Positions 19,673 to 28,835 of a DNA stretch of 64,000 nt are shown here, piece by piece (positions within the stretch are counted from its first letter, which is position 1; every line of letters starts with the position of its first letter). The notes beneath the pieces are model-generated. The model was not told the DNA's origin, made no database searches, and saw only the letters and a program-made list of their open reading frames with translations. This DNA is from a bacterium (lineage in GTDB: Bacteria; UBA8248; JACPRG01; G963555815), in the NCBI GenBank assembly GCA_965261595.1, contig CBDHDG010000007.1:1152001-1216000 (forward strand), read 5' to 3'. Position numbers and translations under genes: made by a program.

Positions 19673-19870
19673 GTTGTCTCCGAAAAACGCAGGAGGCGCT
19701 CTTTCGACATCATTCGTGTAACAATCAGGAAAGCGAGGGCAAGTCCACCACCGAAAATCCTAACTCTCAAACTGGACCGGCTTCGGGGGGAAAGGTCAGG
19801 GGGGCGGGTACTCCAAGCCCAACGAAATCGAGTCCCTCTTCAGCTCACATGCGAATAAAAATCATCGGAT

Positions 19871-20704
19871 TCATGGAACACCGAGATCAACTTTACACTT
19901 GAGCCCCGCCGGCAGTCGGTAACCGGGATTCGGCAATTCGAGACGCACGCCGAACGTTCCGCTCGCCGCATCGGCGACATGGTCCACCACCTTGACCCGG
20001 GCCTCGTACGTTCCAGTGAACGGACCTTCCGGTTTGACCCGGGCTTTCATGCCGATTTTTATGCGTCCCAGCATGGAGATGGGCGTAAACACCTCCACCC
20101 GGAGGGGATCGATTTGCGCCAACTTCATCAGTGGCTTTTCCCGGGCGTATTCACCTGGCGACAAATAACGATCGACCACGACACCCGTTATTGGGCTCCG
20201 AATGATCCGCATCGCCAGAGCGGCCCGGGCGTGCACCAACTCAAGCTCCGCCAACCGTTTGTTTTCCATGGCCTCGAACAAGCCCAATTCGGCCAGCCGT
20301 TTCGTGTCCTTCACTTCATCCATCTCTCGGGGCGTGATGACGTCCCGGCGAAAGAGCTTCTGACTCCTCCTCAACCGCCGCGCGCTCATCTCCAACCGGG
20401 CCTGATTCATCCTGATGGCCCCCTCCATCCGGGTGCGCGCCTCCGTGATCGCCACCGACGCCCTCTCCACGCTGGACTCGAGTGTCGCCAGAATCTGTCC
20501 CTTCCGAACGCGGTCACCCCGACCGGCGCTCACGGTCTCCAACAGGCCCTCGACCGGGCTGTTGATGCTGACGACCATGTTCGGCTCTATGACGCAATCG
20601 AGATCCGCGCCGTGTGAGACAGGGAGGCCCAGGCCGACGCCACCGGCCGCAAGGGCAACCATAAGGATGATCCTGTGGCCGAATCTCATGGGGTTCCCGT
20701 CCAT
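19871..20704 (-). CDS. Efflux RND/HlyD-family periplasmic adaptor subunit (orphan)
   Basis: Signal peptide, SPVEG..GDRVRKGQILA, IRSPITGVV, DAASGTFGVRLELPN...PAG. Confidence 0.88.
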   Translation of the reverse strand: MDGNPMRFGHRIILMVALAAGGVGLGLPVSHGADLDCVIEPNMVVSINSPVEGLLETVSAGRGDRVRKGQILATLESSVERASVAITEARTRMEGAIRMNQARLEMSARRLRRSQKLFRRDVITPREMDEVKDTKRLAELGLFEAMENKRLAELELVHARAALAMRIIRSPITGVVVDRYLSPGEYAREKPLMKLAQIDPLRVEVFTPISMLGRIKIGMKARVKPEGPFTGTYEARVKVVDHVADAASGTFGVRLELPNPGYRLPAGLKCKVDLGVP

Positions 20705-20764
20705 TACTCGGATTTCCCGGAGAAGGCGAGGAGGGTTTCCATGCGCTCGTCCATCTTAAAAAGA

Positions 20765-21664
20765 GGCGATTGTAAAAGATATGACACCGGATTAGGCTGG
20801 TGTCGTGGACCTGAAGAGCTTTGAAGTCCTTGTAAAATCGGAAGCTACAGCGAGACGCCATCTGCTCATGGCGTGTCAGAAAAACGGGCGTAAAATCTGC
20901 CCTCGTTGTGAGGGTCGAAAACGCTACGTTTTGGGCACGCGGGGGCGCTTTCGCTGCGCTGGGTGTCGGTACACCTTCGGGCCGTTCACGGGCCGCTGGC
21001 TGGGCCAACTTCGCCTCTCGGCCCGGCAGTGGCTTTGGGTGGTGAAGCTCTTTGAGCTGGAGGTCTCGGCCCGCAAGATGGCCCAGCAACTCGCCGTGAG
21101 CTATCCGACAGCGCTGCGGGCCGTGACGACGCTCAGGCGCAGTCTTGTGGCCGGCACGCCGGGGGGACAGGAGCTTCTTCGAGGGGAGGTGGAGGCGGAC
21201 GAGGCCTACTTCGGGGGCAAGCGCAAGGGCAAGAGAGGCCGAGGCGCAGCGGGTAAAGTCCCTGTTTTCGGCATATTGGAGCGGGGCGGCCGGGTGAAGG
21301 TGGAGGCGGTCGGCAACGTCAAGGCCCAGACCCTTTTGGCCTCCACCGTGAAGTTGGTCCGTCGGGGCAGCGTGGTCTATACCGACCGCTACCGGGTCTA
21401 TGACGCCCTGATGTTCTGCGGCTATCGCCACTTGCGGGTGGATCATGATCGGCGCTTCAGTCGGGGCAAAGTGCACATCAACGGCCTGGAAGGCTTTTGG
21501 GCCTACGCCAAGGAGAGGCTCATCAAACATCATGGGGTGTCCAAAGAGCGGTTCCCCCTCTACCTGAAGGAGATGGAATTCCGTTACAATCACCGACACC
21601 AGGATCTCTTTCCCCTGGTGGTACAACATCTCACTCAATTGGTGTCAAAACCTTTATAATCCCC
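20765..21664 (+). mobile_element. Second IS1595-family element (no passenger)
   Basis: 24-bp imperfect TIRs GGCGATTGTAAAAGATATGACACC / GGTGTCAAAACCTTTATAATCCCC. Confidence 0.85.
20805..21659 (+). CDS. IS1595-family transposase
   Basis: CPRC...CAGC, VEADEAYFGG, GRGAAGKVPVFG, VYTD, HINGLEGFW, YLKEMEFRYN. Confidence 0.95.
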   Translation: MDLKSFEVLVKSEATARRHLLMACQKNGRKICPRCEGRKRYVLGTRGRFRCAGCRYTFGPFTGRWLGQLRLSARQWLWVVKLFELEVSARKMAQQLAVSYPTALRAVTTLRRSLVAGTPGGQELLRGEVEADEAYFGGKRKGKRGRGAAGKVPVFGILERGGRVKVEAVGNVKAQTLLASTVKLVRRGSVVYTDRYRVYDALMFCGYRHLRVDHDRRFSRGKVHINGLEGFWAYAKERLIKHHGVSKERFPLYLKEMEFRYNHRHQDLFPLVVQHLTQLVSKPL

Positions 21665-21702
21665 ATTATTTAAAGAACTTTATTTCAATGTGTTATGAAT
21701 GG

Positions 21703-21780
21703 CTCGCAAAGAGATTTTTCAACTTCGGATGGGCCGGTGAACGGGTTTTCTTTCTATTTATTGCCCGACGCGAGGGAGTC
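21703..21780 (+). repeat. Truncated copy of ~145-bp dispersed repeat
   Basis: Matches reverse complement of part of 27847-27989; ends at the IS3 left end. Confidence 0.8.
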
Positions 21781-21848
21781 CCTCCCCCGCTCTAGGGTTT
21801 TGTTGGACACTCGATTGATCCATGATTCATGGAGAAAGGGGTGTCGCG

Positions 21849-22236
21849 ATGAACGAACAAAAGCAAGAGGGGGCTTTGGCGGAGGGCGCCCGTAGGGCGA
21901 ACGGAGCCAAGGCCCCAGGGCATCGCAGTGAGCGGGGTCGGTTCTCCTGCCAGGCGCAAGCGGGAGGCGGTCCTGCGTCTTTTGCGGGGCGAGAGCCTGG
22001 AGACGCTCTGCCGCGAGTTGGGCACGACAGCGGCTCGGCTTTCCGCCTGGCGCGAGGCGTTCCTTCGCGGGGGCGAGGCGGCGCTCAAAGCCCGCCCGGC
22101 GGATGAGCGGGACGAGGAGAACGCCCGGCTCAAGGCCAAGGTGGGCGAACTCACGATGGAGGGCGAGGTCCTGCGGGAGAAGATCGACCGCCTGGAGGCC
22201 GGCCGCCCTTTAGCCGGCAGGAGGTGGAGGCGATGA
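21849..22236 (+). pseudogene. IS3 orfA with +1 frameshift
   Basis: TGCCAGGCGCAAG here versus TGCCAGCGCAAG in copy 2. Confidence 0.85.
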
Positions 22237-23141
22237 GTCAGGCCCGCTTCACCTCCACGGGCAGAGCCTACGGCCTGAAGCGGGTGTGCGCCCTTTGGGG
22301 CTTGGCGCGCTCCACGGTCTACGCGCAACGGCGGCGAGAGGCGGTCCCCGTTCATGAACGCCCCACGCCCAATAAGCGCGGCCCTGTGGGCCCGTGCACC
22401 GATGCGGAACTCCTCGGCCACATCCGGCAGGTCCTGGAGGACTCTCCCTTCCATGGCGAGGGCTACCGCAAGGTGTGGGCGAGGCTGCGCTTCGCGGGCA
22501 TCCGCACCAGCAAGGAGCGGGTGCGTCGCCTGATGCGGGAGGCGGGGCTTCAGGCCCCCCACCGGGTGGGCAAACCCCGAGGTCCCAAGGCCCACAACGG
22601 GACCATCCGCACCGAGCGGCCCGACCGAATGTGGGGCACGCACATGACGACGACGGTGACCACCGAGGAGGGGATGGCCTCGGTGTTCGTGGCGGTGGAT
22701 CACTGCTCGGTGGACTGCGTGGGGATCCATGCGGCCAAGAGCGGCAACCGCTTCGAGGCCCTGGAGCCGATCCGGCAGGGGGTCGCCGAGCGCTTCGCCG
22801 GCTTGGAGGCGGACGTCGCCGAGGGGCTTAAAGTTCGTCACGACCACGGCCCCGCCTATCTGTCCGATGACTTTCAGCGGGAGATCGCCTACCTGGGCAT
22901 GACCAGTTCGCCCAGCTTCGTGCGGGCGCCCGAGGGAAATGGCTACTGTGAGTGGTTCATCCGCATCTTGAAGGAGAATCTCCTGTGGGTGCGCTCTTTC
23001 GCCACCGTAGAGGAACTGCGGTGGGCGCTGCTTGAGTTCAAGAACCTGTATAACCATCATTGGATTCTCGAGGGCTACGGCTACCGAACGCCGGCCCAGG
23101 CAAGGCAGGAAAAACTCGCTCAAGTTGCGGAGGCCGCATGA
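22233..23141 (+). CDS. IS3 orfB DDE transposase, first catalytic Asp changed to His
   Basis: GYRKVW, WGTHMT (WGTDMT in copy 2), HDHG, GNGYCE. Confidence 0.9.
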   Translation: MSQARFTSTGRAYGLKRVCALWGLARSTVYAQRRREAVPVHERPTPNKRGPVGPCTDAELLGHIRQVLEDSPFHGEGYRKVWARLRFAGIRTSKERVRRLMREAGLQAPHRVGKPRGPKAHNGTIRTERPDRMWGTHMTTTVTTEEGMASVFVAVDHCSVDCVGIHAAKSGNRFEALEPIRQGVAERFAGLEADVAEGLKVRHDHGPAYLSDDFQREIAYLGMTSSPSFVRAPEGNGYCEWFIRILKENLLWVRSFATVEELRWALLEFKNLYNHHWILEGYGYRTPAQARQEKLAQVAEAA

Positions 23142-23266
23142 GGTCGAATACCCTCACCCGAGTGTCCAATAACCCAGGGGCGGTCCAGATCAGCAATGAT
23201 CAATTCGATGTCCCACTGGAGTTTAATCAAGCGAGGGTGCGGAGCCGCACATGAAAGTCCAGGCGG

Positions 23267-23290
23267 GGCGGGCAGGATGCCCGCCCTACC
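23267..23290. repeat. REP (GTAG family)
   Basis: GGCGGGCAGGATGCCCGCCCTACC, identical to REPs flanking the RAYT. Confidence 0.85.
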
Positions 23291-23329
23291 CGGTGGACGG
23301 GCGAGGCAAGCCGACGGGCAGGCGGGACG

Positions 23330-24001
23330 CTACTCCATGTAGGGCTTGTATTTCTTGGCGGACCGCTCGGCCAGCTTGGCCGATTCAGGCTGCTTGATCT
23401 CCAGGATAAAGGGCTGTTTCTCGGACACCGAGCGCAGCTCGCGCAGCAGATCCTGATCCGCCTCCGGGCTTTTCTCCCAGTCCCCTTCTTCGAGCTTGAC
23501 GAAGACCGGAGCGCCCCCGTTGAAGAACAGCGTGGGCACGCCGAAGATCCCGTGCTTCGCTACGGCCTCCTCATGCCGGACGGCCACTTCCTCGACGCCC
23601 GCGCGGGTCCGGATGTCTTCGGAGAACCGCTCCAAGTCGAGGCCGGCCTCCCGCGCCACGTCCAGGAGGATGAGCTGGTTGGTGATGTCCAGCTCCTTTT
23701 GGTGCCGCGCGCGGAACAGGAGTTGGTTGTATTTCAGGAAGGCCTCCTCGCCCTGATTCGCGGCGCACTGGGCCGCCAGCAGGGGCGGCACGTCCCGGCT
23801 GGGAAAGAGCTTGTCTTCCCAGATCTTCCAGCCCGGCTCATGGCGCGAGGCGAAGTTCGCCTGCTCCAGCACAAAGGGTTTGTAGGCCACTTCCAAATCG
23901 CCGTTTCCGGATTTCTTCAATCTTTCCAGCCATTCCATGGCCCGGTAGGCGTACGGTCAGACGTAGCAAACGTAGCAGGTGACGTCGAGTGTTTCGGCCA
24001 T
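23330..24001 (-). CDS. DsbA/FrnE-like thioredoxin-fold protein, predicted selenoprotein (UGA at codon 15)
   Basis: GGGAG RBS, MAETLDVTCYVCYV-TGA-PYAYRAMEW in frame with the 23330-23938 ORF; GIFGVPTLFF cis-Pro motif; SECIS-like hairpin. Confidence 0.85.
23926..23945 (-). promoter_or_regulatory. Putative bacterial SECIS hairpin
   Basis: Minus strand CGGGCCAT-GGA-ATGGCTGG; apical loop starts with G 20 nt after the UGA. Confidence 0.7.
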
Positions 24002-24092
24002 CTGGGAAATCTCCCTGTTTCATGGGTTGCGTGACGGGGCATTGCTTTTATTTTACACCCGGACGCCGATCCGTTCCAGAAGGGCGGCCGCC

Positions 24093-24902
24093 TCAGGTCC
24101 GGGCCAACATCTCACTCGCCCGTTTCGCCAGGGCGACCATCTCGCGCCGGGCGTCTTCGGTCGTCTCGATGGGTTGCGGGAACGCCAGCCGGATCGGCCG
24201 CGGCCCTTTCGCCGTTTCGGCCGACATCTCGAACCCGTATCGGTCGACGGAAGACATCGTAGCGGCCGTCGTCTCCTTCGCCTTGGAGAACGCCCGGCAG
24301 TACTCCGCCATCGTGGACGCGTGGTCCGCGTTCATGTGATCGATGATCGCCAGGGCGTGGGGTGCGATTGGATCGGGCAGGCCGGCGAACCAGTCTTCCT
24401 TCGAAACCCAGGACATGCGGCCATATCCGCCGATGTAGCGGAGCGACTCGACCCGAAGCTTCCAGAAAGAGAAGTCCTTGTAGTCGGCGTAATACGCCGC
24501 GTTGGGAAGGGACTCCAAGTAAGCGCTCCGGGCCGCGTCCCGCTCCACGCCCTCCCCCAGAATCTCGCATCGGCCGACCAGGGTGACCCGGCCGTTGGCC
24601 AGTGGGTCGTCCTGACCGCTCTCGGCCGCGAGCAAAGAGGCCCGGGCGTCGGCCCGGAGGTTCTTGGTGTGCTCGGCCAGCTCGCTGATGAGGAAGACCG
24701 GGGCGCCTTCATCCAGCGCGAAGGTCACGAATGAGCCGTAGGGGAACCCTTCGGGGTCCTTGGCGATGGTGCAGAGCGCGCCCGTCGTGACGGCGGCGGC
24801 CAGCGTTCGCGCGCGCTCGCCGTGCGTGGGCGTCGGGACATCCGGGTCGTACAACAACTCTTCCGCTTCACCGCTCGGCCGTGCGTGGGCGTCGTTGGGC
24901 AT
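24093..24902 (-). CDS. HugZ/pyridoxamine 5'-phosphate oxidase-like protein with C-terminal DUF2470-like domain
   Basis: GFPYGSFV, ISELAEHTKNL, RYIGGYGRMSW, IIDHMNADH, VDRYG. Confidence 0.9.
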   Translation of the reverse strand: MPNDAHARPSGEAEELLYDPDVPTPTHGERARTLAAAVTTGALCTIAKDPEGFPYGSFVTFALDEGAPVFLISELAEHTKNLRADARASLLAAESGQDDPLANGRVTLVGRCEILGEGVERDAARSAYLESLPNAAYYADYKDFSFWKLRVESLRYIGGYGRMSWVSKEDWFAGLPDPIAPHALAIIDHMNADHASTMAEYCRAFSKAKETTAATMSSVDRYGFEMSAETAKGPRPIRLAFPQPIETTEDARREMVALAKRASEMLART

Positions 24903-25131
24903 GATTCATCCTCCGGAAGTTTGTCATCAGCCCTCCCAGACAAAAAATATAGGCCGCCGAGGGTCCGCTGTCCACGGCCGAGGCCGGGCCCCAGAAATTT
25001 CTCCTGTCGGGCTGAATGCAATTCCCCCCCTCCCCTCCCACGGACCGCCTGAAACCGGCGGCGTTGTGATACAATTTCTGTCATCAAACTTCGATTGAAA
25101 CTACAATGGCGACCGTTGGGAGGATCCCCCC

Positions 25132-25470
25132 TTGAACGTCCAGGAATTGGTTAAACGGTTTCCGGAGATTCCGGAGGACCTGCACGAAGAGCCCCTTCTC
25201 GCGCGGCTCGCGGAAACCTTCGGCGCCCCGCTCTCCATCGCCCAGCCGCCGGCCCCCTGCTCGACGGAGCGCGACGCCGCCAACCACTACTACATGAAGC
25301 TCCTGAACCCCATCGTCTTCTACCGCCTCGGGCTGGGCACGCGCGAGAAGGCCCTCCAACATCTTCAGACCCTGCTCGATAACCATGCGGCCGACGCCGA
25401 GGGGTTCGTCGCCTCTCTGCTCCCTGCCGACGTGGCCGCGCGCGAGGTCCGAGGGCCGGGGTGCGAGTAG
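25132..25470 (+). CDS. Hypothetical protein
   Basis: 112-aa ORF, TTG start after GGAGG, coding-like composition; PCS...NHYY and C-terminal GPGC. Confidence 0.7.
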   Translation: MNVQELVKRFPEIPEDLHEEPLLARLAETFGAPLSIAQPPAPCSTERDAANHYYMKLLNPIVFYRLGLGTREKALQHLQTLLDNHAADAEGFVASLLPADVAAREVRGPGCE

Positions 25471-25679
25471 GGGCGCTTGCGCGCCGGCCAAGCTGCGGGT
25501 GAAGTGTTTATGCTGATTGCAACCTCTTCGGCGCACGACGCTCTGAAAGTCTAACGGGTTGATGCGCGAGTGCGGAAAGCCGACACCGCGTGTGGGCCGC
25601 CGCCGGGCGGTTTGATAAGCTGTCCCGTCTCGGACAGGACGGGGTCGGGACCACACTGCGGGAGGAGGGGGGGACAGGC

Positions 25680-26459
25680 ATGACCGGGAACACGTCGGAG
25701 AAACCCTTTTCGGGGAAAGTCGCCCTTGTGACCGGGGGCGGACGCGGGATCGGACGGGAGTGCGCTCTGGCGTGCGCCGAGGCGGGGGCGTCGGTGGCGG
25801 TCGCCGCCACGACAGAATCCGAAATTGCTGCGGTGGCGGAGGAGATCCGGGCGCTGGGCGGCGAATCCCTGGCCATCCGGGCGGACGTCACAAGCGCCGA
25901 GGACACCGGGCGAATGGCCCGGGAGACTGCGGCGGCGCTGGGGGGGCTGGACATCGCCGTCAACGCCGCCGGCATCGGCGGTCCCCGCCGCCCCTTCCTG
26001 GAGAACGACCCCCAAACGATGCTGGACATCACGACGGTCAACGTGTACGGCGTCCTCCTGTCCTGCCAGGCCGAGCTCCGCGAGATGGTTCAGCGGGGCG
26101 GCGGGCACATCATCAACATCAGCTCCGGTCTCGCCCACAGGGGCGTGCCCCACGCCGTCTGTTACGGGTCGAGCAAATGGGCGGTGGAGGGGATCACCCA
26201 GGGAATTGTCGCCGAGTTCAAAGACCAGGGCGTCATCGCCCACACCCTCGGCCCCGGCCGGATGATCACGCGGAATTTCCCCCTCTCCGAGCTAACGCCG
26301 GACCGCTACCATGAGGCCCGGCCGGTCGAGGCCATCCGGGGCGCCCTGCTCTACCTCCTCACCAACCCGGCCGGACACCCCAACGGCAAGTACCTCAGCT
26401 CGGTGGATTTTGACCGGGAAAACGGAATCGAGTGGGAGAACCCCCTTATCGACGCCTGA
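25680..26459 (+). CDS. SDR family oxidoreductase
   Basis: VTGGGRGIG, LDIAVNAAG, YGSSK. Confidence 0.92.
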   Translation: MTGNTSEKPFSGKVALVTGGGRGIGRECALACAEAGASVAVAATTESEIAAVAEEIRALGGESLAIRADVTSAEDTGRMARETAAALGGLDIAVNAAGIGGPRRPFLENDPQTMLDITTVNVYGVLLSCQAELREMVQRGGGHIINISSGLAHRGVPHAVCYGSSKWAVEGITQGIVAEFKDQGVIAHTLGPGRMITRNFPLSELTPDRYHEARPVEAIRGALLYLLTNPAGHPNGKYLSSVDFDRENGIEWENPLIDA

Positions 26460-26500
26460 GCCCGGTCCCGAAAGCGTCCCGCTTCTGATGAGGCAGCGCA

Positions 26501-27508
26501 ATGTCCAACGGCCGCGCCATCGACATCCATTGCCATTTTGTAACGACGGAATGCCTTGAGCGCATGAGCGCGGTGGACCCCGCCTGGAAATTCCGGCGGG
26601 AGGAGTCCGCCCCGGAATCTTTCCTCGTCCACATCAACAAACGGAAGGTCGGCCCGATGCGGCTGGGGGGGTTCGACCTCGGCCGCCGGCTGAGGGAGAT
26701 GGACGAGGCGGGGGTGGATGTCCATGTCCTTTCCCCGGTCCCCTACCTGATGCTCTACGAAACCGAGCCGGAGACCGGTGAGAAGCTGGCGCGCCTCCAG
26801 AACGACTGCATCGCCGAAGCGGTTCGCGCCCATCCGGACCGCTTCGAGGCCCTGGCGGCCGTTCCCCATCAGGACCCGGCCCGGGCCATCGCCGAGCTCG
26901 AGCGCGCGACGGGCGATCTCGGGATGCGGGGGGCGGAGATCGGGACGAACGTCCGAGGCCGGAATCTCGACGACCCGGACATCTTCCCCTTCTTCGAGCG
27001 GGCGGCGGCGCTCGGGGCGTTTCTCCTCATCCACCCCTACCAAGTCGCGGCGGCGGACCGCCGGGGGGATTACGCGTTCATCAACTCCCTGGGGAACCCC
27101 ATCGACAACAGCATCGCCGGGGCCTCCCTGGCCTTCGGCGGCATCCTGGAGCGGCTGCCCGGCCTCAAGATCGGGATCGTCCACGGCGGCGGCCTCCTCC
27201 CCTACCAGCACGGCCGGCTGGCCCGGATGGTCGAAGTCCGCCCGGCAACCGGAGAGAACCTGACCCGGCCGGTCGGGGACTCTCTGAGGCGGCTCCATTT
27301 CGACACACTGGTCTTCGACGGCCCCGCCCTGGAATACCTGGTCAAGACCTGGGGGGCCGATCATGTCCTCATGGGGACGGATTACCCGTTCCTCATGTCC
27401 GACCCCCGCCCGGTCGAGACAGTCAACGCCCTGACAGGCATCCCGGAAGAGGACCTCGGCCTGATTCGGGGGGGCAACGCCGCTAGGCTTTTATGCCTGG
27501 GAGCATAA
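26501..27508 (+). CDS. Amidohydrolase_2 family protein (ACMSD-like)
   Basis: IDIHCH, LIHP, HGGG, FDTLV, MGTDYPF. Confidence 0.92.
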   Translation: MSNGRAIDIHCHFVTTECLERMSAVDPAWKFRREESAPESFLVHINKRKVGPMRLGGFDLGRRLREMDEAGVDVHVLSPVPYLMLYETEPETGEKLARLQNDCIAEAVRAHPDRFEALAAVPHQDPARAIAELERATGDLGMRGAEIGTNVRGRNLDDPDIFPFFERAAALGAFLLIHPYQVAAADRRGDYAFINSLGNPIDNSIAGASLAFGGILERLPGLKIGIVHGGGLLPYQHGRLARMVEVRPATGENLTRPVGDSLRRLHFDTLVFDGPALEYLVKTWGADHVLMGTDYPFLMSDPRPVETVNALTGIPEEDLGLIRGGNAARLLCLGA

Positions 27509-27846
27509 AATCATTGACAACCGCATCCAGGAGGGGCTTTGCCCCGACGACGAATCTTGCCTCGTTTTCAAAGATCTTTCTGATCCACAGATTGCAAAGA
27601 TTACACGGATTTGAAAAATCCATAATCGACACCCCTGATTGTCATTCCGAGTGAGGGGCCATTTGGTCCCGATGAGGAATCCCGCCTCGCGCCCCAGATA
27701 TTTGGCCCGGCTCAATCCGCGGAATTTGTGGATCGCCTTTTATTTCGTCTATATTTCGTATTATATGGGAACTGGGGAAGCGAAAATTAAGTGGACTTAA
27801 GGGAGGAGAAAAAGGGGACAGATTTATTTTTCTTCATCGGTGGTCC

Positions 27847-27989
27847 CCGCACCGGCCCGTCACACGCCCGCGCAGAGAACGGGGTGTTTCAGCCGGGCGA
27901 CTCCCTTGCATCGGGCAATGGATTGAAAGAAAACCCGTTCACCGGCCCATCCGAAGTTGAAAATTCTCTTTGTGAGAAATCCGCGTTAA
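27847..27989 (-). repeat. ~145-bp dispersed repeat (MITE-like)
   Basis: Homologous copies at 21703, 33375, 38773 and fragments at 30421 and 54750. Confidence 0.8.
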
Positions 27990-28148
27990 GTGGGTGAGAA
28001 TTCCAGGCCGCCCTTTCCATCGCGGTCCGATTCGTGGGAAAATCCCCTTGATGGACGGCAGGGTCCCGGAGGCGTGTCCCTCGTTCGCTCCTCTTTGTCA
28101 GCGGATGTTCGCGGGACGCCGATTCGGCCGGATTCAACAAAGGGTCCC

Positions 28149-28835
28149 ATGATCGATAAAGTCTATCCCGACTGCGCGGCGGCGGTGGCCGACATCCCCG
28201 ACGGGGCGGTCATCATGTTCGGGGGGTTCGGGGACGCGGGCGTGGCCGAGAACCTGACCCGGGCGCTGGCCGATCAGGGCGCGAAGGACCTCGTCGCCAT
28301 CTCGAACGCGGCGGGCCAAATGGAGCGCGGCCTCTCCATGCTGTTCCGGAACAACCAGGTCCGCAAGATCCTGGCGAGTTTTCCGGTTCCCGGGTGCAGT
28401 GACGCGTTTGAAGAGCGCCTGAAATCCGGGGAGACGGAGCTCGAGCTGATCCCCCAGGGAACGCTGGTCGAGCGGATGCGCGCGGCGGCGGCCGGCCTGG
28501 GCGGGTTCTACACCCCCACCGGCGTGGGCACCCCGGTGGCCGAGGGCAAGGAGGTGCGCGCCATCGACGGGCGGGAATACGTCCTGGAGCTCCCCCTCGC
28601 GGCCGATTACGCGATCCTCAAGGCCCGGCGGGGGGACCCGATGGGGAATGTTATTTACCGGATGACCGCGCGGAACTTCAATCCCGTCATGGCGGCCGCC
28701 GCGCGGGTGACCATCATCGAGGTCGAGGAGCGGGTCGAAACGGGCGCGCTGGACCCGGAGCGCGTGGACACGCCGGGGATCTTCGTCCAGCGGATTGTCG
28801 AAGGAGAGGATGATGAGCGCGGCTGGGTTGAGTAG
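28149..28835 (+). CDS. 3-oxoacid CoA-transferase subunit A
   Basis: MFGGFG, ISNAAG, PQGTLVERMRA, FYTPTGVGT, ARNFNPVMA, TPGIFV. Confidence 0.95.
   Translation: MIDKVYPDCAAAVADIPDGAVIMFGGFGDAGVAENLTRALADQGAKDLVAISNAAGQMERGLSMLFRNNQVRKILASFPVPGCSDAFEERLKSGETELELIPQGTLVERMRAAAAGLGGFYTPTGVGTPVAEGKEVRAIDGREYVLELPLAADYAILKARRGDPMGNVIYRMTARNFNPVMAAAARVTIIEVEERVETGALDPERVDTPGIFVQRIVEGEDDERGWVE

Larger units (their letters stand above)
21783..23187 (+). mobile_element. IS3-family element, copy 1 (inactivated)
   Basis: Near-identical to 36250-37653; TIR-related ends ...TTGGACACTCG / CGAGTGTCCAA...GGTCCA. Confidence 0.92.

Noticed and set aside
23188..23254. Right flank of IS3 copy 1 (QISNDQFDVPLEFNQARVRSRT*) as the displaced continuation of the DGR RT
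   Set aside because: Stops after ~22 codons and lacks recognisable RT motifs.
25551..25652. Possible further copy of the 145-bp repeat
   Set aside because: Only faint end similarity; not supportable by eye.
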